64,000 bases of DNA, from the NCBI GenBank assembly GCA_951406725.2, contig OX597816.1, positions 4,774,001-4,838,000 of the forward strand. The letters are read 5' to 3'. The translations under genes and the position numbers were made by a program. The notes beneath the pieces are model-generated. The model was given only the letters and a program-made list of their open reading frames with translations. It was not told where the DNA came from and made no database searches. Each line of letters begins with the position of its first letter. The stretch's first letter is position 1. The stretch comes from Octopus vulgaris (lineage: Eukaryota). Positions 51,830 to 64,000 of this stretch are shown here, one piece after another.

Positions 51830-52335
51830 AATAAGACAGAAACATCTAACGTTAACCTTGACCAGCAGCATGTCATAAAAGAGTTAGACCCAGTGGAGAG
51901 CTACAAGTACCTAGGGGTAATTGAAGGGGACGGAATAAGGCATTCAGTGATGAAGGAAAGGATCAGGAGAGAATGTTATCGAAGAGTAAGAGCAATACTC
52001 AAGACAGAGCTGAATGCAAGAAACAAGATCGAAGCGATCAATGCTTTAGCCATACCAGTTGTGACTTATAGTTTCAATACCGTTAACTGGTCAATTACTG
52101 AAATATGTAAACTTGACAGAAAAATACGAAAACTGTTCACAATGCATAGAATGACAATGTATAGAATTTTTGTATGGTTTTTTTTAGACATACACTAGTA
52201 CAACACTAAATACAAAACCAAATATATGGCACACTAGGCATGACAACAACATGAACTTCCAACCTGTTGTCTCTTGAGTTCTCTGGGTGAGACTTGGAAC
52301 TAACTTGTACAAATATAAAGCAAAAGTCAAACATA
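51830..52335 (+). mobile_element. R4/Dong-like LINE RT fragment and 3' tail between (TAA)n tracts
   Basis: ESYKYLGVIEGDGIRHSVMKERIRRECYRRVRAILKTELNARNKIEAINALAIPVVTYSF...KLDRKIRK. Confidence 0.8.
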
Positions 52336-52404
<69 letters not shown>

Positions 52405-52562
52405 TGCGGTCACAGGAGTGTGACGAAAGAACTCTGGCCGAAATATGATTAAGATTAATGTAAAAAATAAATTATGCTGAAGCAAAGTAACACCAAATAT
52501 ATAGTGCGTGTGTTTTTATTGGCTAAACTGGCAAAATGACCATTCCTAAATACAACAACATA

Positions 52563-52621
<59 letters not shown>

Positions 52622-52689
52622 ATGTATATATTTGTGTGTCTATGTATGTACTCACTTCCACCATTGCTTGACAACAGGTGTTGGTGTGT

Positions 52690-53090
52690 TTTACATAGGA
52701 TGTGTGCAGTGCTTAGTAGTGCAATTTTCTGTATGTTATATATGTTTGTAAGTCCTGGAGTTTTTGTTATGTATTTGTCTGAATATTTTTTTATCATGCC
52801 TAATGCACCTACTATGATAGGAATTGTTTCTGTTTTTAGGCTCCACATTTGAGTTACCTCTATTTCTAGGTCTTTGTATTTTGAAAGTTTCTCCATTTCT
52901 TTTAGAGACACATCATCTGCTGGTATTGATACATAATTTAGAAATCATTTTTTTCTTCATGATCCCTGACAACTATATCTGGCCTGTTGGCCTTAATTTC
53001 TTTATCTGTGTGTATCGGCATATCCCAGAGTATGGTTGCTTTCTCATTTCTTGTGACCTTTTCTGGTGTGTGCCTATACCATCTTTTTTC

Positions 53091-53095
<5 letters not shown>
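52690..53095 (-). mobile_element. R4/Dong-like LINE restriction-like endonuclease fragment next to (TTA)n
   Basis: WYRHTPEKV...ILWDMPIHTDKEIKANRPDIV / EKLSKYKDLEIEV..MW...IPIIVGALG...IQKIALL. Confidence 0.85.
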
Positions 53096-53148
<53 letters not shown>

Positions 53149-53559
53149 GTTATTATTATTATCATTATTATTATTACTATTATTATTATTATTATTATTA
53201 TTACCTGCTCTTTTATTCTTTGGACTCTTGCTTATTAGTGAAATAAATATTTGTCTTATAAGAGTTTCATTCAGAAATACATTAGTCAAAAGTTAACAGA
53301 TCCATTTAATAAGATACCTTTTTTTTTTTTACCTCTTTTTCATAAATTCATTTAATTGTTTGACTGTTCTGAATTGAAATTTGCAATTTCATGGAAACCT
53401 TCAAATATATTTCCTCTTTTGCCTCTAACTCTCTTTTTGATATCAGCACACAAACATAGATATTCTTAGGCATACATAGACATGTGTAGACAGGCATACA
53501 TACAGATATTAGTAAAGTATGAGTTATCTATGTTCAAATATATGAAATTGCATATGCAA

Positions 53560-53917
53560 TAAATTGTATCTCTACGTATATATATCAGTGCTTAATATCT
53601 GCATGTGTGTGTATATAAATGTGATTGTATGTATGTCTGCATGTGTGTATGTTCATGTACTTATATGTATGTATGATTATACATGTATATGTATATATAC
53701 TTATACATGTATACACATGTGTGTGTCAACGCATACATATAAATACATATATTTGTGTATATATGTATGTATAGGTATACAGTTATGCTCAGTATACCTT
53801 TATGAATGCATGTATCCAAAGTTTTGAATATATATCTACAGATATGTGTGTATGTGTGTGTGTGTATGTGATTGTGTGTGCATGTGTCTGTGCCTGTGTG
53901 TATGTGTGTATGCATAT

Positions 53918-53948
<31 letters not shown>

Positions 53949-55560
53949 GATATAGATATAGACATATATATATTCATACATTTGTATATTTATCTATCTA
54001 TCAATAAATATATATATATGTTTATATATTATGTGTGTGTTCATGTGTGTATGTGTGTGTGCATGTGTGTGTGTCTGTGTCTGTGTGCGTACGTGCATGT
54101 GTGTATGTGTGTGTGATTGTATGCATATGCCTTTATATATATTTACGTATGGATACATTTGTATATCTATTAACCTATAAATAAATATATATATTTATAT
54201 ATTATGTGTGTGTACATGTGTGTGTGTGTGAATGTGTATGTGTGTTTGTGTATATGTGTCTGTGAATGTATATATATATATATGCATATATATACATACA
54301 TTTGTATGCATTATACATTTGTATATTTATCAACCTATCTATAAATATATATATATATATTTGTATATTATGTGTGTGTGTGTGTTCATGTGTATGTGTG
54401 TGGGTCTGTGTGTATAAAATAATTACACAAACCACACAACCATTACATAAAATAAATAAAAGACGTATGTCTCAAAGAACATGGAATTCTTCATTTCTGC
54501 TATCCTCAGTAATATAAAATGATTTATTTGACAACAACTATCCAAATTATTTCAAACAATTTCTACTTTTATTCCATTTTCAATTATTATTGTATGTATG
54601 TATGTGTGTATGTATGTATGTATGTATGTGTGTGTGTATGTATGTATGTAAGTATGTATGTGTATGTATGTATGTATGTATGTATGTGTGTATGGATGGA
54701 TGTATGTAAGTACGTATGTATGTAAGTATGTATGTATGTGTGTATGTATGTATGTATGTATGTAAGTACGTATGTATGTCTGTATGTATGTATGTATGTA
54801 TGTATGTACGTACGTACGTATGTATGTATGTATGTATGTATGTATCTATGTATGTATGTATGTAATGTATGTATGTATGTATGTATGTATGTATGTATGT
54901 ATGTATGTATGTATGTATGTATGTATGTATGTATGTATGTATGTATGTGTGTATGTAAGTATGTCTGTATGTATGTGTATGTATGTATGTATGTATGTAT
55001 GTATGGATGGATGGATGGATGGATGGATGTATGCATGTATGTGTGTATGTATGTATATATGTATGTGTGTATGTATGTATGTAAGTATGTATGTATGTAT
55101 GTATGTATGTATGTGTGTGTGTATGTATGTATTAATGTATGTATGTATGTATGTATGTATGTATGTATGTATGTATGTATGTATGTATGTATGTATGTAT
55201 GTATGTATGTATGTATGTATGTATGTATGTATGTATGTATGTATGTATGTATGTATGTATGTGTGTGTGTATGTATGTATGTATTAATGTATGCATGTAT
55301 GTATGTATGTATGTATGTATGTATGTATGTATGTATGTATGTATGTATGTATGTATGTATGTATGTATGTATGTATGTATGTATGTATGTATGTATGTAT
55401 GTATGTATGTATGTATGTATGTATGTATGTATGTATGTATGTATGTATGTATGTATGTATGTATGTATGTATGTATGTATGTATGGTACGTATGTATATA
55501 TGCATGTATGTATGTATGTATGTGTGTATGTATGTATGTATGTACGTATGTCTCTGTGTG
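53560..55560. repeat. (TG)/(TA)-rich field and ~950-bp (TATG)n satellite
   Basis: Read directly. Confidence 0.95.
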
Positions 55561-56110
55561 AGTATTTATGTGTGTGCTTGTGTGTGACTTTCTATGTGGA
55601 TGTGTCTTTTTCCTTTTAGTAAACCTTTTAACTGCTTTGAGAATGGAAAAGAATAAAACAAAAACATCTATAATATAACTATGAAAAACACACACAAAAA
55701 ACACAAAAACACACACGTGAATGAAAACCTGCGAGGAAGGAAAAGAAAAATGTAATCAAATGAGATATGAATAATTTTGTCTTGTTTTTGCATCTTAAAT
55801 GGCTGCAACGAAACTGGTCCAGCATCTTTCGATTCCAACGCATCAACTGCAAAACTTTAATTGCATCTTGTTCTTCTTTTGGAAACCATAGACCATCAAA
55901 GAGGAAAAAAATCCTACTGCTACTACTACTACGTACATATATATACTACTACTATATAATAAATATAATTTTACTATATATACTACTACTACTACGTACA
56001 TATATATATGCATATACATACTAGTGGTAGTAGTAGTAGTAGCAGTAGTAGTAGTAGTAGTAGTAGAAGTAGTAGTAGTTGTGCATAATAATTATAATAA
56101 TAATAATATT

Positions 56111-56155
<45 letters not shown>

Positions 56156-56744
56156 TTAATAGTGATGATGATGATGATGATGATGATGATTATAACGATA
56201 ACAAAGACTACAATCACAACAACAACAACAACAATGAAAATAATAATGTTAATGATAATAATGATAATAAATAAATGCAACATCAGCAGCAGCTAAAAGA
56301 GCAAGTACGGAAACAAAAAAACAAAAAAAGCCTAAATACATTTCATTGCCAAAGTGTCAAAAACTTGTGCAAGAATTTATGTCCATTGTGTTGTAGACAA
56401 GTTTTTTTCTGTCTCACTGCATTTTCCAGTGATTACAAAACTTATAAAATGACTTTAGTGAAACAGGTTTTTGTATTTTTGCTGCTTTTTTTTAATGCTT
56501 TTTTGTTTTTATTTTTGCCAGTTAATTTTTGTCTTTAGCAAAGAGAACTCAATTTTAGATGTTTGACATTAGTGTTTTGAAATTAAAGTGGAAGAGTTTG
56601 TAGAACGCATTCATTCTGCTTTTGGTTTTGGCAGATTTGGCAGTCTGGTGGTGGAATGGTAAATCTGCTGGAATTGTCAGGCATTAAAGAATGTCTGAAA
56701 GTTGAGATTAACCTCTCTATTTCACTACTTATTTAAAATAGACT

Positions 56745-57158
56745 GATCGTTACCAGCATCGCCTTACTGGCATCTGTACTTGTGGCATGTGTAAAGGATT
56801 CGGGCGAGGTCGTTGCCAGTACTGCCTGACTGGCCCTGTGCCGGTGGCATGTAAAAGGGCACCATTCAAGCATGATCGTTACCACTGGCACTTGTACCGG
56901 TGGCATGTGTAAAAAGATTCAAGCGAGGTTGTTGCCAGTATCACCTGACTGGCTCCGTGCCGGTGGCACATAAAAAGCACCCACTACACTCTCGGAGTGG
57001 TTGGCGTTAGGAAGGGCATCCAGCTGTAGAAACACTGCCAGATCAAGATTGGAGCCTGGTGCAGCCATCTGGTTTGCCAGCCTTCATTCAAAATCGTCCA
57101 ACCCATGCTAACATGGAAAGCAGACGTTAAACAATGATGATAATGATGATGATGATGA
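56745..57158 (+). mobile_element. RTE 3' UTR/tail (family C)
   Basis: Family C sequence with subrepeats. Confidence 0.85.
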
Positions 57159-57869
57159 GTATTTGAATTTTTCTTTCTTTTTCTGGAGTGCCACAGTTGA
57201 CTGGTTCCAGAGTTGGATTACTCACCAAAGAACCAATGCCTTCCATCCTATCACTCCGACAATAGACATTGCTTTACTCTCCTCACTGGAAGCTTGTTAA
57301 CACTGTAAATTTTCCAAACTGTTAACTTCAAATTTTGAGAGTATTTTCAGAATATTTCTCTATCTGTTTTCAATATTTACAACCTGTTTTCATTGACTCA
57401 GTGTTTAACTGTCATCAAGTGTCTTATTATCAGATGTATACACTTGCTCGGTCACAAAATCTGTTTCGAAATTTGTTCAGGAATAAATCTTCCTAGTTTA
57501 AATGAAGTCTTGGAACATATTTAGCCAAATTGTTGCCACAATATTTGTGCTACTGAGTCCTTTTTTGAGTTTTCTTTATGAGCTCTGGCCCTGACTAATT
57601 CTCAATAGAATTGAACACTGGTGTTATTTCCATGTAACTGTTTCACTGAGCCAGATAATCCTGCCACTAGAATATTGGTAGTGATGGCCCTTAACAAGCA
57701 CACTCACATTTTACACACACACACACACAAATACGTACAGGTTTTATATTTTTTATTCATATTTTTGGCACATTCATATTTTTTTCATTCATATTTTTGC
57801 CATATTCTGAATGTCTTACTTCCCTGGCCATGGACACATTCAAACTCTGACATCTGGCAGCTGACTTGG

Positions 57870-58275
57870 CAGACACCCATAAAATTATTAACCATCTTAC
57901 TAACAATAACTCTGAGCACCTTTTCAAACTCCACCTGTCTAACACTCGTGGACATGTTTACAAAGTCAGAAAACAGCACAGCTCCCATGACTTTCAGAAA
58001 CATTTTTTCACGCTAAGAGTTGCTGAAGCATGGAACAAACTGCCGGCATCAGTTGTTAGTTGCCGGAGCACTGCATCCTTCAAAACTTCCATGCTTTCTG
58101 AGATTCGCCAACACTACACCTGATTTTCTCCCCTCCATACACACACACAAGCATGTATCTGACTCATACACTGTTCGCTTTCCAGACATTTGTACATTAC
58201 TGCATATACTCTATATGCACTTTCTGACAAGTTGTGGTGCACCTGAGCACTGTATACAATAATTTCATGATTATT
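57870..58275 (+). mobile_element. CR1-clade LINE 3' end
   Basis: LFKLHLSNTRGHVYKVRK...FFTLRVAEAWNKLPASVV...SFK; tail gcacctgagcactgtatacaataat (short copy also at ~36425-36465). Confidence 0.8.
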
Positions 58276-58489
58276 TTTTTTTAAATTCTGGTCAAGGGGA
58301 TGGCAAAATTATTTGTCAGCCATTTGATCATCAGAAGGTGATGCAGGGTTACAATGATGACCAGTTGCAGGTCTCCATCAACCTGTGATGAAGTTGGACC
58401 TCATCTGATGGAGCATATAAACATTCGGCTGTTAGGTGTCTGATGATGATTGAAGATCTAATTTTAATCTAATTGAAATATCCCATAAT

Positions 58490-58760
58490 CCTGTGATCAA
58501 TCAGACCATCAGATGTTGTAATACATCGCTGGCCACAATGCACTTCACATTTTTTTAGCTTTCAAAGGATGTCCCTCAGTTGGCTTGGGGAGGTGGCCAG
58601 CATTCCCCCCGATTAAAAGGCCAGTCCATCCCAGAGTGACCTATTTACAGCTGAGTGGACTGGTGCAGTGAGAAATGAAGTGTCTTGCTCAAGGACACAA
58701 CACACCACTCAATCTGGATATTGAATCCTTGATTGTGAGTGCAACACCCTAACCACTAGG
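58490..58760 (-). mobile_element. tRNA-derived SINE sharing its 3' tail with family D
   Basis: Minus strand cctagtggttagggtg...tgtgtccttgagcaagacact...gcattgtggccagcgatgt...catctgatggtctg. Confidence 0.7.
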
Positions 58761-59019
58761 GTTAATATCCCCTCTGAAGATGAGGTTTATCTTATTCATT
58801 AATCATCTCAGTCATTTAAGCATTAAAGAGGAGTTAGTTGTTTTGGTCCTTTTATTGGCTCAACAACTTCTGTCCCCTTAAAAGAAGACAAAGAAGTTTT
58901 GCTTGTTCTTATTTTTCTTGCCATAAATAAGGGCTACAGGAAGGTCCTTCTAATTAAAGTGTGGAGTTTGCAGTGAAAGAATATTGCCTACTTCTCTAAT
59001 AAGGAGTATGCAGTGTAGA

Positions 59020-59372
59020 AGCTGTGATAGTGATGGAGACCCCTTCTGTCACGACACTGACCATGGGATTGCACCTAGAAAGTTACCCTCTGAGGCACAA
59101 ATCCGGGCAAGGTTATTTATGGAAGACCAGCAGTCGCCCATGCATACTAGCCTCCCCTCTCCATGCCACCGATGTTATCCCAGGGAAAGGCAAAGGGGCC
59201 GATACAGCTTGGCACCAGTGACTTCACAACCCATGTCTACAACTGAGTGAACTGGAGCAAAGTGAAATAAAGTGTCTTGCACAAGAACACAACACACATC
59301 CCGATCCAGGATTTGAACTCCCAACCCCACAGTTGTAAGTTCGACGCTCTAACCACTGAGCTATGCACCTTC
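59020..59372 (-). mobile_element. tRNA-derived SINE (further family)
   Basis: Minus strand ggtgcatagctcagtggttagagcg...gggagttcaaatcc...tgtgttcttgtgcaagacact. Confidence 0.65.
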
Positions 59373-59829
59373 ACTTGTTAGTGATGAAGGTTTTGTTAAG
59401 TCACTGTATCCATAAATACATCCCCAATCCTTTTCTGGAAAGTTTCAGGTTATAGAAGAGCACTCCACTGTCCTTTATGAAATATATGGCTCATATATTC
59501 AAATGTTACATTAATCTGATGGCTCTTTAGTTTGAAAGGAACAACTTAATATCTTCATTTAAAAAAAATATAATTTCATGTCAGCCCCAGGATGTCTATA
59601 AGAGTTTTCCAAACTTTCATGTTTAAAATATCTTAAACATCCAATGCAATTGGAAACCGTCTGACAAACACTTTTTTTTTGTTTGTCTTTTGGCAATGAT
59701 TCCTAAGATTCACAAGGTTGATTCCTCACTTTTTAAGGCATACACATAACTAAGGTCACAACCTCCCCCTGAATGGGATCCTAGTCCATTGCAGGGTCCC
59801 AAATCAGGTATTTTGAGGGGAGCGTACAA

Positions 59830-59990
59830 CTCAACAACATCAGCTCCGATATTTGACTGGGGCTTTATTTTATCAACCCCCAAAGGGATGCGAAGCAAAG
59901 TTGACCTCAGTGAGATTTGAACTTAGGGCCTGAAACACCAGAAGAAACACTGCTGGGCATTTTGTCTGATGTGCTAACAATGCTGCCAGT
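59830..59990 (-). mobile_element. Degenerate SINE family A
   Basis: ttatcaacccccaaagggatg..gcaaagttgacctc..atttgaact. Confidence 0.6.
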
Positions 59991-60039
59991 TTGAAAGTGA
60001 ATTGTGCAGGGTGTGGCCATCTTGAAAAGAAGATCAGGC

Positions 60040-60873
60040 TTCTAATGCACAGGATCGCCTTGATTGGGTTGAAGAAGATGAAAGCTTTTAGAAAACCGTC
60101 ATAACAGGGGAGGAATCGTGGGTCTATGGTTATGACCCCGAAACCAAGGACTCCACACCGGGCAAAATGCATAGCTGTATTTCGTCTGTCTTTACGTTCT
60201 ATGTTCAAATTCCGCCAAGGTCAACTTTGCCTTTCATCCTTTCGGGGTCGATTAAATAAGTACCAGTTACGCACTGGGGTCTATATAATCGACTTAATCC
60301 ATTTGTATGTTCTTGTTTGTCCTCTCTGTGTCTAGCCCCTTGTGGGTAGTAAAGAAATAAGTATTTCGTCTGTCTTTACGTTCTGAGTTCAAATTCCACC
60401 GAGGTCGACTTTGCGTTTCATCCTTTTGGGGTCGATTAAATAAGTACCAGTTACACACTGGGGTCGATATAATCGACTTAATCCATTTGTATGTCCTTGT
60501 TTGTCCCTTCTGTGTTTAGCCCCTTGTGGGCAGTAAAGAAATAGAAATAGGTATTTCGTCTGTCGTTACGTTCTGGGTTCAAATTCCGCCGAGGTCAACT
60601 TTGCCTTTCATCCTTTCGGGGTCGATTAAATAAGTACCAGTTACGCACTGGGGCCGATATAATCGACTTAATCCAGTTGTATGTCCTTGTTTGTCCTCTC
60701 TGTGTTTAGCCCCTTGTGGAAAATCTCATCAAAGATTTCAAGATGTCAAGGAAATCCAAGGGAATGTGATGAGGCAGCTGCTCATGGAAAGGGAGTTCTT
60801 GAACAGGGAGTTATAGGAATAGTTTCATCAATGAGAAGGACACTGGATGAAGTGTGTGGCTTCAGAAGGGGAG
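60040..60873 (+). mobile_element. Deleted mariner relic split by a SINE trimer
   Basis: TGEESWVYGYDPETK at ~60100-60148; C-terminal RFQDVKEIQGNV...WMKCVASEG at 60730-60870. Confidence 0.7.
60155..60719 (+). mobile_element. SINE family A tandem trimer (~185-190 bp units)
   Basis: gtatttcgtctg units at ~60177, 60361, 60551. Confidence 0.9.
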
Positions 60874-61391
60874 TACATGCACGTGTGTGTGTGTGTGTGT
60901 GTGTGATCCTATAAACTTGCACAATTTATGTTCAGAGCTGCCTCCATTCACGAGATCGTAAGAAAGGATCAATTTTGTTTTAATCCCTGTAAGACAAGAT
61001 TGAAGTAGAAACTAATTTAAGATTAATTAATCCTTGGATTAAGCCCATACTAATAACAACTAAGATTCTATATTAAAACGAGGCAACTAATTTGTTTCTA
61101 CTATACTCAATCTCATATATTATATGTAACATGGCATTTATTAGATAATCTGACTCTGATAAAAATCTGTAATATATTACATGATTTCGTATATTAGATA
61201 ATGTGCCCCTTAATTAGATTGTCATACTCTCCCTTGTTGTTGCACCCTTATGAATCCCACTGCTTCAATTTGTAGAAATAATTGATTTACTTAATGCCTT
61301 GATGATATTTCATATTTCTACTCTATACATGCAATTCTAAATATATCCACAGTCATCCATACGGTATCTTAGTTATAATAATAATAATAAG

Positions 61392-61428
<37 letters not shown>

Positions 61429-61451
61429 ATAATAATAATAATAATAATAAT

Positions 61452-61630
61452 CATCATCATCATCATTTAGCGTCCGCTTTCCATGCTAGCATGGGTTGGA
61501 CGGGTCAACTGGGGTCTGTGAAGCTGGAAGGCTTCGTCAGGCCCAGTCAGATCTGGCAGTGTTTCTACGGCTGGATGCCCTTCCTAACGCCAACCACTCC
61601 GCGAGTGTAGTGGGTGTTTTTTACGTGCCA
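61452..61630 (-). mobile_element. RTE 3' tail (family C)
   Basis: Family C sequence. Confidence 0.8.
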
Positions 61631-61674
<44 letters not shown>

Positions 61675-61689
61675 GTTATTACTTTTTTT

Positions 61690-62150
61690 TTTCTTCTTTC
61701 AAATTTTCTTCCATTTCTTGCCGAGTGTCTTCCCGACTCCTAGGGCAAAGAAACTCATAGTGTATATTGGTAGGCCATTAAACCGAACTCAGTAGTTCGT
61801 TCATTTTTTTTTTTTTTTTTTTTTTTTTAAAGTTAAATTTAAATACATGAGCAGCAACAGTTCTCACATCGACAATGCTTTTCTCAATACGTGTGATGTA
61901 CCAGTTAAGACAATCTTTTGCACTTCTTGCAGGGATGGTAAGCCAGGGATCATTCTCATATAATTTTCGGTTCCCTTCTTGATCATTCCTAGTGCTCCTA
62001 CGATCACTGGTATTGTAACCGCCTTGAGATGCCACATTTTCTCAATTTCAATGATTAGGTCTTTATATTTTCTGAGCTTGTCAAACTCTTTCGCTGAGAT
62101 ATTATGATCACAGGGGATGCTCATGTCGATCAATAAGCAAACTTTATTGT
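61690..62150 (-). mobile_element. R4/Dong-like LINE 3' end between (TTA)n tracts
   Basis: IDMSIPCDHNISAKEFDKLRKYKDLIIEIEKMWHLKAVTIPVIVGALG...QKIVLTGTSHVLRKAL. Confidence 0.85.
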
Positions 62151-62219
62151 TTTTTTATTATTGTTTTTTTATTATTATTATTATTATTATTTTTATTTTT
62201 ATTATTATTATTATTATTA

Positions 62220-62268
<49 letters not shown>

Positions 62269-62288
62269 CATTATTATTATTATTATCA

Positions 62289-62319
<31 letters not shown>

Positions 62320-62323
<4 letters not shown>

Positions 62324-63410
62324 AGGGAGATAAATACTGTCAGATCATTGATGGAGCCATACCAAATGGCATGAATGTTGTGAGTAAAGAGATTGAAAAA
62401 ATCACCAAGTACTCCCTAATTGAAAGTGGAAATGGCAAAACTGTATGGAATGCGAGAGGGTAATGTAAAAGGCGGTGAGCTGGCAGAAACGTTAGCACAC
62501 CGGGCGAAATGCTTAGCGGTATTTCGTCTGCCGTTACGTTGTGAGTTCAAATTCCGCCAAGGTCGACTTTGCCTTTCATCCTTTCGGGGTCAATAAATTA
62601 AGTACCAGTTACGCACTGGTGTCGATGTAATCGACTTAATACCTATGTCTGTCCTTGTTTGTCCCCTCTGTGTTTAGCCCCTTGTGGGTAATAAAGAAAT
62701 AGGTAATGTAAAAGTGATACCAGTGGTGATCGGACCATTGGGCTCAATTCCATTGAAAATTCAAGACTTCTTAAGACAACTGGAAATCCCATGCAAGATT
62801 GATGTCTTGCAAAAAGCAACCTTATTGGTACAGCGAACATCTTAAGGAAAGTATTATCTGTCTGAGGTCCTTGTTGTGACTTGACAGATGACTAAAGACT
62901 CCAGTGCATTTTTACCTACACTGTGTTATGAAGGAATAAAAATAATAATAATAACTTACAAAATACTCAGGGATTTTAACATGCAGTGCTACCAAGTCAT
63001 AGAGGTGAGACAACCAGGTATCGTGCTCATCCATAAAGATGAAAAAGAAGTAAAGATAACAGATGTTGCAATATCAGGTGATTCGAGGGTGAAATGTAAG
63101 GAAAGAGAAAAGAGTGAGAAATGCCAACCACTGTGGGACGAGATGGGAAAGTTATGGGACATGAGGAAAGTAATGGTGATATCTTGTGGTAATTGGAGCA
63201 TTAGGAGCAGTTTCCGAGGGCTTTGACAAACATATTAAGAATAAAGGAGCTGCTGTCAAGTTCTAGGTGACCCAGAAGACAGCTCTGTTGGGTACAATTC
63301 GCATTCTAAGGAGAGTATTGTCTCTTTGAGTCACAGGAGAAAGGCACTACTTGAAACCTTTGGTGATTTGGTATTGCCTGCTTTCAAGCGAAGAATAACT
63401 GATAATTAAA
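62320..63410 (+). mobile_element. Two successive decayed R4/Dong-like LINE 3' ends
   Basis: IIDGAIP...KEIEKITKY; VRQPGIVLI...ITDVAISGD...EKSEK..PL; (AAT)n tails. Confidence 0.7.
62471..62701 (+). mobile_element. SINE family A with 12-bp TSD
   Basis: ggtaatgtaaaa at 62459-62470 and 62702-62713. Confidence 0.92.
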
Positions 63411-63644
63411 AACTATTCGAGAATCCTTCAGAATAACAATAATAGTAATTACAACTTCTGCTGCTGCTGCTGCTGCTGCTGCTACTACTACTACTACTAC
63501 TACTCTTACAATGATGATGGTGATGATAATAATGATAATAATGATCTTTTCTACTATAGAGTATTTTGTAAGTTATTATAATCATTGTTATTCCTTTGTA
63601 ACACAGGGTAGGTAAAAATGCACCAGAGTCTTTAGTCATCTGTC

Positions 63645-63821
63645 TGAAATTTGGAGGAAGGGACTGGTTGATTACATCGACCCCAGTGCGTAACTGGTAC
63701 TTAATTTATTGACCCCGAAAGGATGAAAGACAAAGCTGACCTCGATGGAATTTGAACTCAGAACATAAAAACTAACAAAATACTGCCAAGTATTTCATCC
63801 AGCATGCTACCAGCTTACCAC
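63645..63821 (-). mobile_element. SINE family A (degenerate)
   Basis: Reverse complement of the family A core. Confidence 0.75.
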
Positions 63822-64000
63822 CTTGGTAATAAAAATAATAATGATAATAATAATTACATTAGCATTTTCCCTTATAATGTTCCCTTTAGTGGCCCCCACC
63901 AATAGCCCCTTGTATCAACATGTCATTAAATACCAGTTTTATTATCGCTTCCTTTCATCACAACCCTTATTCTAAAAGTGTTTACCATTTTTCTTCTCTT

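Overview
Eukaryotic, AT-rich DNA saturated with microsatellites and transposons. The repeat families (tRNA-derived SINEs, RTE 3' tails ending in (GAT)n, Dong/R4-like LINE relics) look like an octopus/coleoid genome; this is inference from recalled repeat sequences. One host gene is supported on the + strand: two giant in-frame coding exons (6689-9757, 25822-27479) encode a Ser/Thr/Asn-rich protein with a coiled coil across the splice junction. I cannot name it. The rest is intronic or intergenic: Tc1/mariner relics, a Gypsy LTR+gag fragment, a Helitron-like element, RTE/CR1/R4-like LINE pieces, many SINEs and three Penelope-like (GIY-YIG) relics. The most striking signal is a set of type I hammerhead-ribozyme motifs. 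One near-intact motif (15383-15433, minus) ends a Penelope-like element. Others sit in a family of ~340-360 bp tandem/fold-back non-coding elements (22.3, 25.4 and 41.7 kb) that resemble retrozymes or pseudo-LTRs; the 22.3 kb element carries the compensatory U3-A8 core variant in both of its copies. Most listed ORFs are microsatellite artefacts. All calls were made by eye without searches; TE boundaries are approximate.
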